The notes beneath the pieces were generated by a model. It saw nothing but the letters and a program-made list of their open reading frames with translations, ran no database searches and had not been told where the DNA came from. Below, piece by piece: positions 1 through 9,657 of a stretch of DNA of 64,000 nucleotides; within the stretch, counting starts at the first letter, position 1; each line of letters begins with the position of its first letter. The position numbers were made by a program, and so were the translations under genes. The stretch spans positions 1,779 through 65,778 of the forward strand of contig JAKPFN010000083.1 of assembly GCA_029551395.1 (NCBI GenBank), in the 5' to 3' direction. Source of the stretch: Armatimonadota bacterium (GTDB lineage: Bacteria > Armatimonadota > UBA5829 > DTLH01).

Positions 1-1176
1 AGCAGGTTGAAGACCAAAGTTGCCGTAGTGAGCAATGGAAGTCACTTGCTGGCCGGGGTCAGGCCATTTTCTGGTGTCTTTCTTGGAAAACCTGGGTGTT
101 CTTTCAACAAACAATATCGAGAGGTCAGGCTGGTTTGGAGAAATTATCTCCATCGGGTAGCTTGCGTTGAATTCTCTGAATCTGGCGGTAAGGGTAACAG
201 GTTTAGTCGTTACTGCTTTGCCAGTAACCAGACCGTTGGCATCTACGACAGCCTTGGACGCATCGTTGGTTTCCCAGGAAATGTAAGGTTTTGCATCAAA
301 CTTGCTCCACTGCCCGTAACCGTCATCGTAGTTGGTTATGTACTCTGTCTTTGTTTCCCCGGTCAGTGCATTGACGACCTTTGTGGCAGTCACTCCAAAC
401 TGCTTCTTGTAGCCTTCCAATACTCTTTTTTCAGAGTTCACTCTTAAAGGAGCATGTGTTATCTGTATTGCCGTATAAGGAGCTGTTCTGAAGTAGTCTT
501 TGTAAGCGATGGGAGTAGTGCCATCTGTATTTCTGAAGATTAACTCGTCCATATACGCATCTGATGATACATCTCCTATATACACCTTGCTGTCCGGCAT
601 AGCAGATGGATTCATAAACTCCGTTCCGCCGAACACGACACTGGCAACGCACTGCCTGTCCAGCCATAATGCCAGCCCCAACGGAAGACCGGAGCCTGTT
701 GGGTTTGCTATCCATGATACCTGGACATGGTGCCATTCTCCTGCTTTCCAGTTGGATACATCAGTTCTGACAGCAGTTATTTTTGTGGATGCTCCATTCT
801 TTCCAGCCATAACAAACCGGAGCGTTCCTGCCGGCGATTTCTCGATTAGGAATCCGTTTTTAGAAGGATCTCCAACCTTTAGGAATTTATGATTAACGCC
901 GTCATCACCATTCCATTCGGGCATCAGCCAGAAGCTGAGCATCCCTTGCTGCCCATTAAGCGAGCCGATTTTTACACCCACAGACTTAGTCAGCGATATG
1001 CCTTTAAAACAAGTCCCTGTTACATCAGGATGAGCATCTTTTGGTTTATCTACCCTGACACTGTCTTGAATGTTAGCGTCAGTAAACCATGCCAGCGTTG
1101 TCTCTTGAGCCAGAGTGCATGAAAGCACCAAAGCCAGGAGCGAGACTGTGAGGAACAACACAAAGATAGATCTCAT
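1..1176 (-). CDS. Secreted LamG-like/Ig/CARDB-like protein, paralogue of 50823..56276 and 56394..59465 (runs off the left window edge)
   Basis: Manual translation from ATG 1176 is stop-free to base 1 (392 codons): MRSIFVLFLTVSLLALVLSCTLAQETTLAWFTD...SFWLMPEWNGDD...LRFVMAG...WHHV...MDEL...TAPY...KQFG...FDAKP...QPDL...HYGNFG. These motifs are collinear with the two paralogues. Absent from the ORF track because it has no stop in the window. Confidence 0.9.
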   Translation of the reverse strand, partial: MRSIFVLFLTVSLLALVLSCTLAQETTLAWFTDANIQDSVRVDKPKDAHPDVTGTCFKGISLTKSVGVKIGSLNGQQGMLSFWLMPEWNGDDGVNHKFLKVGDPSKNGFLIEKSPAGTLRFVMAGKNGASTKITAVRTDVSNWKAGEWHHVQVSWIANPTGSGLPLGLALWLDRQCVASVVFGGTEFMNPSAMPDSKVYIGDVSSDAYMDELIFRNTDGTTPIAYKDYFRTAPYTAIQITHAPLRVNSEKRVLEGYKKQFGVTATKVVNALTGETKTEYITNYDDGYGQWSKFDAKPYISWETNDASKAVVDANGLVTGKAVTTKPVTLTARFREFNASYPMEIISPNQPDLSILFVERTPRFSKKDTRKWPDPGQQVTSIAHYGNFGLQPA

Positions 1177-1536
1177 TGCAACAACTCCAGTCTGTATTTT
1201 GATGTTTATATGGTGGCAGCATAAAAAGGAGAATTGTGGTTACAATGGCACGGCATAATCAAGCCAGGTTGTGTATGACCTGAAGCAAACTGCCATTAAC
1301 TCCCCCTTATGGCTGCTCCCTACAATCATATCTTGCTTAAGATTATTTCGTCAAGTATACAAATCACATATTTGTTACATATAAAGTATGTTTGTATATG
1401 ATAGATATTGAGTTGTGTGGGCATTCCATGTAGAATCTGATAAACAAGCACTCTGTAAGCTCAGTATTCATCATAAATAATCCAGCACATTTGACATCGA
1501 AGCCCATCCTGCCTATAATCCGAAATAGATGAGCTT

Positions 1537-2139
1537 ATGCAGTCTTCTATTCATCAGGAAAGGATGGGTACCGTGATTCGAAAGCTTCAGTTGGTTGCCA
1601 TTGCCCTTTTGGTTTTTGGGTCAGTGTCTGCTGTATTTGCGCAGTATGAAGAGGAGCGGCCGAGTAAATATGGTATACGAGCCATGAGCTTTATGCCGAT
1701 GGGTGGAAAGCTTCAAGACCAGAGTTCACTCTGGTATGGAGCTGGTATTGATTATTATCTTAGTAAAGATGAAGAAGAAAGACCTACCCGATATATTACT
1801 CTGACCTTCCTCGGGTCTGGAGACGGACGAGACAGATCCTCGATGAACTCGCTCACCTACGGCAGAATTAAGCGAACGCCGATTTCCGATTCCAGAACCC
1901 GTTACACGGCTTTTGGGGCCGGAATTTACAACCTCAAGTATCATGATGAATCACCAGGAATGTTCGGCGGGCTGATTATTACCGATGAAAGCACGTTCAA
2001 ACCAGGGATTTATGGGGTTTACGGTCAAGAGTTTAATGATGCTTACTTCATTGAACTCCGTGTTGACCTGCTGCCTGAGTGGCAGGACACCAGTTGGATA
2101 GGTGTTGGACTTACTTTGGGAACGCGGATATCGCTGTAA
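1537..2139 (+). CDS. Exported protein, possibly an outer-membrane beta-barrel
   Basis: Signal-peptide-like N-terminus (AIALLVFGSVSAVFA), alternating hydrophobic/aromatic strand-like segments, followed by a terminator. True start may be a few codons downstream. Confidence 0.6.
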   Translation: MQSSIHQERMGTVIRKLQLVAIALLVFGSVSAVFAQYEEERPSKYGIRAMSFMPMGGKLQDQSSLWYGAGIDYYLSKDEEERPTRYITLTFLGSGDGRDRSSMNSLTYGRIKRTPISDSRTRYTAFGAGIYNLKYHDESPGMFGGLIITDESTFKPGIYGVYGQEFNDAYFIELRVDLLPEWQDTSWIGVGLTLGTRISL

Positions 2140-2172
2140 TAATTGCCTAGCTGATTAGCTGATAAGAATACC

Positions 2173-2199
2173 GCCCGGCCTTTAAACCGGGCTGTTTTT
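2173..2199 (+). terminator. Rho-independent terminator
   Basis: GCCCGG/CCGGGC stem followed by TGTTTTT. Confidence 0.7.
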
Positions 2200-2303
2200 A
2201 TGTACAGATGGAGCAATATCCCTGGTCATATTACCTGTTTTCTTCCCATCTAACTCCCCTGGCACAATTCTTGTAGATTCTATATACGTGGGGGTAAGGG
2301 AAT

Positions 2304-2573
2304 ATGTCTATATTAACTGGCTATATCTGTGATGAATGCGGTGTGCAGACTCGCACACCTGAAAAATGGCTTGTTCTATCCAAGATAGACATTCACCGTC
2401 TGCTTGGCGATGGAAGTGTTGTCTCGGTCAAGTCCAAGCTGGATTTTTGTTCGCCCGGCTGCCTGCTTCGTTGGCTGTCCAGGGCTGTAAACGAGGTTCC
2501 CAAGGTGCAGCCTCACCTGCATGAGGCAATTGATGAACCGCGTCAAGTCCGCAGGACTGCATCAGGACCATAA
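2304..2573 (+). CDS. Small putative zinc-binding protein (CxxC...FCSxxC)
   Basis: CDEC and FCSPGC motifs; purine-rich RBS upstream. Confidence 0.6.
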   Translation: MSILTGYICDECGVQTRTPEKWLVLSKIDIHRLLGDGSVVSVKSKLDFCSPGCLLRWLSRAVNEVPKVQPHLHEAIDEPRQVRRTASGP

Positions 2574-2843
2574 ATTTGTCATTATCTCAGGCATATCTGC
2601 CTTTACAACACTCCCTTCCGCACCTGCGGGTCGTCCGATGAGTTAAGTTCATTCCTCAAAACACTTTGGACGACCCGCGTTACTCCTGTTTTCGCTGCCA
2701 TACCCTGTTGTTTGGAACAGTCCACACTTCCGGTAAGTCGTACATTAGGGACTTTGTATTACAGTTGTCATGCCCGGGCTTGGTTTGACCACTCGCATGC
2801 AGCATGTTATACTGCGCTTAAGCGGGAGAACGGAGGCAGTTAA

Positions 2844-3743
2844 ATGAAGTGTCCGAAATGTGCAGCGGAAATAGCTTCCACTACAAAGATGTGTCCCAGA
2901 TGCGGGACGTTTCTGGCGGAGACTGAGACAGCAAGACCTGCTGTAAAACAGCGGGTTATGTGGCCGTATGCCGTCGCGGGAGCACTCGTGCTTGTTATTT
3001 TGATAGCACTTATCCTTCAGATGCTTCTCTCAGGAGGCAAGAGTGTTACCGGAGGCGACCCAGTGGCTGTAACAGGGCCATCGGTCACAAATGCGCCGGT
3101 GATCCCTCAAGGCGGTCCATCAGTTACCAACGCTCCGGCTGTAACGCCGCCAACTGGTCCGGCGCTTCCAACCGGCCCGGAAAAGCAGCCTCCTCCACCT
3201 GAGGTTCTCGAGTATCTGGAGTTTGTCAGGCAGGTAGAAGCAGCAAGACACACGCTGCTGAAGGATACAGGCCGCGCACTTTCTATGACCACAAACGCCA
3301 AAGGCCTTGAAAATATGATCGGTTGGGTGATGGGAGACGATTCCGTGCCTGCCGACCCTCTGGCTGATCTTAAGAAAGAGCTTGGGATCCATCTGAACAA
3401 CTGGCAGATGCTGATCAGGCATTTTGATACCAAAAGGCCGCCTGCAGCCTGCGCGGATTTTGCAGGGACTTACAGAATGTGCATGAGCAGCCAGGCCGAG
3501 GCCATGCGGCGGGTCAGCACCCTCGTCAACGGGATCAACTTAAACAGCACGGAGAGCATGAGCCAGGCTTTGACTCAACTCCAGGGCATGAAATCCGACC
3601 CTAACCTCCAGGGGAACATTGACCAGGCTGTGGAATCCGCTGACAGCAAGCTTGCGGAGCTTTGCTCGAGGCTGGGAATCCAGAAACCGTTCGATGTTAA
3701 GAAAGAAAAGGACGTCAGCGGCAGCCTTACTGGCGGACTGTAG
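2844..3743 (+). CDS. Zinc-ribbon membrane protein
   Basis: CPKC..CPRC ribbon, one TM helix, Pro-rich linker with GPSVTNAP twice, helical C-terminal region; GGAGG RBS. Confidence 0.8.
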   Translation: MKCPKCAAEIASTTKMCPRCGTFLAETETARPAVKQRVMWPYAVAGALVLVILIALILQMLLSGGKSVTGGDPVAVTGPSVTNAPVIPQGGPSVTNAPAVTPPTGPALPTGPEKQPPPPEVLEYLEFVRQVEAARHTLLKDTGRALSMTTNAKGLENMIGWVMGDDSVPADPLADLKKELGIHLNNWQMLIRHFDTKRPPAACADFAGTYRMCMSSQAEAMRRVSTLVNGINLNSTESMSQALTQLQGMKSDPNLQGNIDQAVESADSKLAELCSRLGIQKPFDVKKEKDVSGSLTGGL

Positions 3744-3773
3744 ACCATACATAAGAATTAGACAAACCGAAGC

Positions 3774-3809
3774 AAAAAGAGTCGGGTGGCAATCATCCGG
3801 CTCTTTTTT
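3774..3809. terminator. Bidirectional terminator
   Basis: AAAAAGAGTCGGGTG/CATCCGGCTCTTTTTT stem with A- and T-tracts. Confidence 0.75.
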
Positions 3810-3863
3810 AGATTAGCAGCAACCTGTTATACCGACGTATACTCATGAAGGGTGCATCGGCTC

Positions 3864-4142
3864 TTTATGCTGCGGGAACGCTAGATTTCCAGTAGCTAAT
3901 CGGTTTTACACAATCAAGTTCCCGCAGCCAAGCGACAGAGTGTATAATTAACAGCCAAACAAAGACCAGATTTATGTAGAAGCTGTAATCTACTGATATT
4001 GGCTTTGTAGAAATGACTGCAGCTATCTATATAGATGTTCCTGTACCTCACAGTATCCGATGCTGATACCGTTCGGCTGCGGGAACTTAACCTAGTAAGA
4101 TAATTACAAGCCTTCCTAAACTCGGCGTTCCCGCAGCATAAA
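3864..4142. repeat. ~280 bp nested inverted-repeat element (MITE/REP-like), copy A
   Basis: 18 bp perfect terminal IR (TTTATGCTGCGGGAACGC); GCTGCGGGAAC in alternating orientation at 3869, 3918, 4076, 4127; aligns along its length with 5416..5695. Confidence 0.8.
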
Positions 4143-4207
4143 AACACAAAGATCCGTATAAGGATCAGAACAGATTTCCCGGACGAGTAAGAGCCTGGTT
4201 TCAAACG

Positions 4208-5065
4208 TCAAAACTCGGGTTGAGGATTTACTTGCACCTTTACTTCACCACTGTATATAAACGGACCAAATAGCTTTTCCGGGTCAGGATGTGCCATGTG
4301 CAGGTCGTTATGCACCGAGTAATAGAGGTCGAGCGTTCCGCGTGGTACAATTACGAAGTGTAGAACATGGAAAAAGCTTCCGGATAACCCACTCGGTAAT
4401 ACGTGTTCCGGTGCATATGTCACAAGCAGCTCTTCATCAACAAAATGCGCTAAGTCGGGAACGTCGAATACGCTTGATGCCAGTCGAAAGTCATCTTGAT
4501 GTATAATTGGCAGTCTTACCCTCTGATTGAGTATGGGAGACTCCACAAGAAGATAACCGTATGGCATCGATGCACTCAGCGCAGTAACTTGACCATATGA
4601 GTTGGTTCTCGTACCGCTTCTGTCAAAGTCAACGGCTCTAAACACTTGATGCACAATATCCGCCCAAGATATTTCTCTGCCAATTTCTGGTATGGAACGA
4701 CTTTCAGTACTGATAGTTCTGAGGGTCCAAAGGCGTATAACAGCGAAGAAATATGCAAACAGATATACAACTCCTGCGATGTTTGTTGCGACAACAATTG
4801 CACTTCCATGTATAGGTTCGGTGAACACCAGAATAGTTCCCAAGATGAGGAAGACAACTGAGGAAACGAGAAGCATCACTGCGGTAAACTGAGCGATTTT
4901 CCACAACCGGATAACAGCCATAGTGATGAAAAATAGCGTCAAGATTGCGGCCAAGGTGATTACTACAGGGGATGCTGTAGTGTCACCACCAGTATCTTCG
5001 GCAGACGCTAGCACCGTTAATATATAGGCACCTACACCAATAAATGCAAGAACTCTGTTGCTCAT
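4208..5065 (-). CDS. Hypothetical membrane protein
   Basis: Several N-terminal hydrophobic helices plus a soluble C-terminal domain; no recognisable motif. Confidence 0.7.
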   Translation of the reverse strand: MSNRVLAFIGVGAYILTVLASAEDTGGDTTASPVVITLAAILTLFFITMAVIRLWKIAQFTAVMLLVSSVVFLILGTILVFTEPIHGSAIVVATNIAGVVYLFAYFFAVIRLWTLRTISTESRSIPEIGREISWADIVHQVFRAVDFDRSGTRTNSYGQVTALSASMPYGYLLVESPILNQRVRLPIIHQDDFRLASSVFDVPDLAHFVDEELLVTYAPEHVLPSGLSGSFFHVLHFVIVPRGTLDLYYSVHNDLHMAHPDPEKLFGPFIYSGEVKVQVNPQPEF

Positions 5066-5415
5066 TGCGGCTCTAGTCTTTGTTGTGAGAATACAATCTG
5101 TGATGCCCTACAAGGGCAACTTTCTAAAGTATACCGATTATAACACTTGTTGTGGAGCATCTTTTTATCCTTCGACTCACTACAGGCTGTCTCAAAAGTC
5201 TAAAAAATAGGTAAAATCTGGATTTTTCTATGCTGCTCTATGGAATCGGCTGTCAAGTATCTAGCCGAAAAAAGCAGACAGTAGCAATCCATCTTTCACT
5301 AGATGCACAGGCTTAGCGAGCCGACGACGCTCCCACAGAAAGCGGGAGGAGGCGAGCGGTCAGGATTGTGCATCCAGTGCAGTATTTGGTTATGAAGCTG
5401 GCCTGATGTAATTTT

Positions 5416-5695
5416 TCTATGTTGCGGGAACGCCAGATTTCCACCAGCTAATCGGTCTTGCATAATCCAGTTCCCGCAGCCAAGCGGCAGAGTGTGCAAT
5501 TAACAGCCAAACAAAGACCTGATTTATGTAGAACCTGTAGTATCTAATACTGGCTTTACAGAAATGACTGCAGCCGTCTATATAGATGTTCCTGTACCTC
5601 TCATAGTATCCGATGCTGGTACCGTTTGGCTGCGGGAACTTTACCTGGTAGATGATTACCAGCCTTCCTAAACTAGACGTTCCCGCATCTATGAA
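5416..5695. repeat. ~280 bp nested inverted-repeat element, copy B
   Basis: Same orientation and architecture as copy A; TGCGGGAAC cores near 5423, 5470, 5631, 5679; scattered substitutions and small indels. Confidence 0.8.
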
Positions 5696-5800
5696 AAAAC
5701 CCGCAAACACTACCTCACACTGCTATTCTACTAGCAGCCCGTGGTACTGCTGCGGGCTTCACTGCTTTATATCTCAATTTTTAACTTATGTCAACGTCTC

Positions 5801-5826
5801 CACTCGTCACTCATCACTCGTAACTC
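5801..5826 (-). repeat. GAGTGAY heptamer array
   Basis: CACTCGT CACTCAT CACTCGT AACTC; overlaps the stop codon of 5814..8108. Confidence 0.6.
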
Positions 5827-8108
5827 TTCCCTTTATCCGGTACCAGCCTCAGCGCTTCTGCCCGGTGGGCTAGCCAGAGCGCCTGAGCAGCGTCAGATCG
5901 GGTTATGGCGGCTTCCGGGTTGAAAAGAAGCCCCTGTTCTGATCGTGAAGGAGGACCTGCCCAGGTTCTGGTGTCTATATGATGCCTGTAGAGCGTTTCA
6001 GCGAACGCTGCTGTCGCGGTTCCTGGCTGCAGGTCAGCGTAATGAGTCGATACTACTGCTATCGGTGTCCATGAGGGGTCGATCTGCCGCTTTGCACCTA
6101 CAAGAAGCTCAGCAAACTCTGCCCTGGTGATAGGAGTGCTGCCATCTAGCGGCAGAGTTGGGTCGTCAGCCTCTACACCGTGCTTTTCTACTCTCACAAG
6201 CCGGTCAACTAGCCATTTTGCCTCTTCTCTGGTCAGAGGATCTTCAGGACTGAACTGCTCTCCGGTAAAGAACCCTCTTGCAGACATAAACTGGATTGCT
6301 CTGAAATGTCTGGTGTTCTTGTTCACGTCTTCAAACCACGTCAGATAAACCTTTTGAGCAGCCAACCTGTCCTGCAGGATTGCAACAGGTATCTGATGCG
6401 GATAAGTGCTCATTCTGACAGCCAATGCTGCCAGATTCCCAGCAGCCTGCCCCAGCGACATCCTCACAGGCTCCATCCGAAGCGTTCCATAAGCCACATG
6501 GGTGGCAGAAACGGCTGTTGGAACCAGCAGTCCTTGTATATCCTTGGGGATAATCACTCCTAGCGGCACCTGATACCACGGTGTATATCTCACAAGCCAC
6601 CATTCACCTTCTCCTCGATGCCTTGCAGTGGGGTCGGTAAGCTCCTGGGTAGCGTGGCTGTCCATTGGGTAGTCTCCGATAGCTACCGTATCGAATACCT
6701 TTCGGCTGCGAGCATAAGTGACGTCGCTTTCGTTCATTTCAGACAACCCGACCATCCTCCGAGACTCTCTGACGTATAAAACAAGCGGGAAATTATCGTT
6801 ATCTGGGTACTCGTCATCTGCAAGGCCTAAAGATCGAAGCCCTTGCTCAGTCTGAAGGTAGTATAGGTAGCCAAGTGCACGCCATCGGTAGAGCAATTCT
6901 ATCTCTGCCCGCCGCTCAGGACTGGCTGTGGGATAGTCATAGTTGATTCCAGGCAGATCAGTGCCCCATGGATGCTGGTTGATCTCGAATTTACCGTTAG
7001 GCAGTCTTCCTGAAGTGTATGCCCAAGACTCGGTCCAAGGTGGAGAGTAGCGGTAATCCTCTGGATTGTAGTTCGGAGGTTCAGGTATGGTTCGGTCTTG
7101 GCCTTCTCCGTAGTCTTTTACGGTCAGCAGATAGGCATAGCTTTGTATCCGGTGGTCAGCCTCTCCGGTGCTGCCTGGGAGTATCTCATCTGTCTGGTTA
7201 TCGTAGTAGATATGGCCTGCATGAGGCTCTTCCGGGCTTCTGGCTTCTCTGGGAATGCGGAACTGGACTCCGGTTGCGGCTGCAACATCAGCTTCGACAG
7301 TCGCATCTATGACAACCTGCCCGTAAAGCTCTCCAATCTGCCCTGTATCCAGATGAGTCACCTGCACTCCTGCTACTCTCGGCCCATGTATGATGACACC
7401 CGTAGCCCTGGTCTTCCTGAAAAACGAGATTCCCGGTTCTTCATAGACCATAGATTTCATAATAGCGTTGGCGACGCGCGGTTCGTATCTCAAGCCGTTA
7501 TGAGAGCCGCCGTAATATGATGCCACTCGAGTGCGGAACTCTTCGAAAAACCCGTTGGAGCGAGATATATTGCGGATATCAGTAGAGCCAAGTCCATTTG
7601 CAGCCATCCCGCCTGCACGGTTGGTCTCTTCGACAAGTGCAACCGATACTCCCATTCGTGCTGCCGTAACCGCTGCCGATGTTCCCGCTGCAGTCGCTCC
7701 GACTACCACTACACCGTAAGTTGCCTGAGGCTGAAAAGCGGTAAAAGTCTTCTCAGCAACGACTGCCAAAAGTATTTCCGGCTCTTCGATGCTTTTGATG
7801 GTATAGGTATAGATAGTGTCTGGTGCAAGCCCTTCATCCCGCAGCTTTCTGACGCCCGGAAGAGCATTACCGATGGCAATTCCGTCTTTTGTCACTGAAA
7901 CGCCGTTGTGGTTTATCGGCAGGTAGATATCTATCGCATTCTCTGAGACTGCAATAGCCTCGACCCCGTTTGGTCCCACAGAAAGCGGTTTCCGGCCATC
8001 TGCCATAGTTACCTCAGCGGTCAGAAGAGCAGGCATAAGGCTCAACATGACCGCAAGAATAGTTAGTCTCATTGGTAGAACTGACTGCATCTCTGACATT
8101 TTACCCAA
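5814..8108 (-). CDS. Exported FAD-dependent oxidoreductase with C-terminal SLH-like repeats
   Basis: VVVVGATAAGTSAAVTAAR Rossmann motif, DAT.EAD, YVRESRR, GDYPMDSH, HVAYGTLRMEP (FAD_oxidored family); signal peptide; F.PE..LTR.EA / ITRSDAA SLH-like motifs. Confidence 0.85.
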   Translation of the reverse strand: MGKMSEMQSVLPMRLTILAVMLSLMPALLTAEVTMADGRKPLSVGPNGVEAIAVSENAIDIYLPINHNGVSVTKDGIAIGNALPGVRKLRDEGLAPDTIYTYTIKSIEEPEILLAVVAEKTFTAFQPQATYGVVVVGATAAGTSAAVTAARMGVSVALVEETNRAGGMAANGLGSTDIRNISRSNGFFEEFRTRVASYYGGSHNGLRYEPRVANAIMKSMVYEEPGISFFRKTRATGVIIHGPRVAGVQVTHLDTGQIGELYGQVVIDATVEADVAAATGVQFRIPREARSPEEPHAGHIYYDNQTDEILPGSTGEADHRIQSYAYLLTVKDYGEGQDRTIPEPPNYNPEDYRYSPPWTESWAYTSGRLPNGKFEINQHPWGTDLPGINYDYPTASPERRAEIELLYRWRALGYLYYLQTEQGLRSLGLADDEYPDNDNFPLVLYVRESRRMVGLSEMNESDVTYARSRKVFDTVAIGDYPMDSHATQELTDPTARHRGEGEWWLVRYTPWYQVPLGVIIPKDIQGLLVPTAVSATHVAYGTLRMEPVRMSLGQAAGNLAALAVRMSTYPHQIPVAILQDRLAAQKVYLTWFEDVNKNTRHFRAIQFMSARGFFTGEQFSPEDPLTREEAKWLVDRLVRVEKHGVEADDPTLPLDGSTPITRAEFAELLVGAKRQIDPSWTPIAVVSTHYADLQPGTATAAFAETLYRHHIDTRTWAGPPSRSEQGLLFNPEAAITRSDAAQALWLAHRAEALRLVPDKGKSYE

Positions 8109-8210
8109 TGTTGGGCTTGTTATCTCATTAAAATGTTGAAATCCCAGCTTAATGATGTCAGTTTATCACATTGAGACGGTAAATAGCATTTTCCGGCTTA
8201 TTGAAGATTG

Positions 8211-9326
8211 TTAGTTCCGGTACAAGACTTCAGGCCACAGGTTTTTGAGTCCCAGTTGATACGTTGTTATTCGTTCATCCGAGATAGAGGTCTGTTTAGG
8301 TGGAATAAGAGCGGTATAATCTATGTATGGCAGCGCTTCGTCTGCCTTTGTAACATCTTCAGCGCTGCGAGACACTGCCAGCAGCATTGAAGCAATATCC
8401 GTAAGTGAAGCAGTTGTCAGTTTTAACGGCTGCAGATTATCTTTTTCAGCCGAAGCAGCTATCATTGTGCTCCAGGAGGAGTCTACCGGGTTGCCTTCTC
8501 CGTCCAGGCTTGGTTCAACGGATGCTGCCAGCCTGTTGGCTGTCAACAGCGTTGGAGCTAACTGTGAGGCAGCCTGCATATAGTCTTCTTGGCTCTTATA
8601 GACAAGCAGAAGATTCGTCAACTTGCGGGCAGGCTTTGAAACAAAGTGTCCGTTTACATACATGGCCGTCGAGGAACCGCCGTCGAGCATCATCGCCTTG
8701 TAAGCGCCGAGACTTACCATTATTTTAGCAAGTTTATGTTGTGAGATAGGCGTATTGACCGATACCATCAGCAGTTTATTGGCTGTGGTTATTCCAACGG
8801 CTGTTCTGGTTGCAGGTCTGAAGATGGAAGGGTCTCTGAAGCCCTCTGCTCTTGCGTTAACAGATACCTGTCCGGCATCTACAAGCGTAGGTCCACCTGC
8901 AAGGACTGTTTCATAGCTTCCGGTCCATCGTCTGGCCCGGTATTTGTGCGGGATAATATCCGCATAGTTCTTAGAAGACACACAAAGGGCTGGACCAACG
9001 CACCCGCTGTGTATCCTGGTTCCTCCTATGGCAATATCACCAGTGGGAAGAAGCGTGCGGGTGTCGAAGAACGTGCCGGTGATTGCGGCGGCAGGTTTGG
9101 TCCGCTGGATAATGGAACTGGCAGTCTCGGAACTTCCTCGGCCCTGCTGGCTGATTGCCACAGTAACCTTGACAGAAGGATCGTTGAGGTTCACGTATAC
9201 CACGTGAACAGGCACGGAAAGGACTACCTGTTTGCGGTATGCGATGCTCGAGGAAAATGCTCGGGTAGCGCATGCTGCACAGGCGATGGACAGAACGATT
9301 ATGATGAGTCGCTTCATCTGGTCCAC
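8211..9326 (-). CDS. Phosphodiester glycosidase (NAGPA-like) family protein
   Basis: AAITGTFF, AGGPTLV, RTAVGIT, AMMLDGGSSTAM motifs; signal peptide. Confidence 0.85.
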   Translation of the reverse strand: MDQMKRLIIIVLSIACAACATRAFSSSIAYRKQVVLSVPVHVVYVNLNDPSVKVTVAISQQGRGSSETASSIIQRTKPAAAITGTFFDTRTLLPTGDIAIGGTRIHSGCVGPALCVSSKNYADIIPHKYRARRWTGSYETVLAGGPTLVDAGQVSVNARAEGFRDPSIFRPATRTAVGITTANKLLMVSVNTPISQHKLAKIMVSLGAYKAMMLDGGSSTAMYVNGHFVSKPARKLTNLLLVYKSQEDYMQAASQLAPTLLTANRLAASVEPSLDGEGNPVDSSWSTMIAASAEKDNLQPLKLTTASLTDIASMLLAVSRSAEDVTKADEALPYIDYTALIPPKQTSISDERITTYQLGLKNLWPEVLYRN

Positions 9327-9600
9327 CTCCTCAGCTTGGCTGCACTCCTATCATGTTAGACTGCTGCACAAGCTGTGCCGTTCCATTAACCATCGCCCCG
9401 CAAAACTACCTGTTTATTATAAATTTTACCTGCTTAAATAAATATAATGCAGAGGCAGTCTGGCGCTGCCTTCATGGTGATTATTCCAGGTTCTGCCTCA
9501 AGGTCACCAATATAGACTTACCTGCAGTGTATCCCAGAGCAGGTTTTTATCCTTATACCGAATCGCTTCATCCCTTACACCTGTTTATTGGTAAAATATG

Positions 9601-9629
9601 TTGACAAACAATTGTTCCCATGCTAAGTT
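9601..9629 (+). promoter_or_regulatory. Sigma70-type promoter with a palindromic operator between -35 and -10
   Basis: TTGACA (9601), 17 nt, TAAGTT with TGn; perfect palindrome AACAATTGTT at 9607-9616. Confidence 0.55.
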
Positions 9630-9657
9630 AGTTAGTAGTGAACGGAGGGATTAGCAA

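Noticed and set aside
3914-4204. ORFs 3914..4204 and 5417..5710 sharing RYRNIYID.CSHF
   Set aside because: The similarity comes from the DNA repeat, and indels shift the frames between copies.
3864-5695. GTTCCCGC cores as CRISPR repeats or integron attC sites
   Set aside because: The units alternate in orientation, the spacers are conserved between copies, and there are no cas genes. The cores are GTTYYYR rather than GTTRRRY, there are no L boxes, and no integrase is present.
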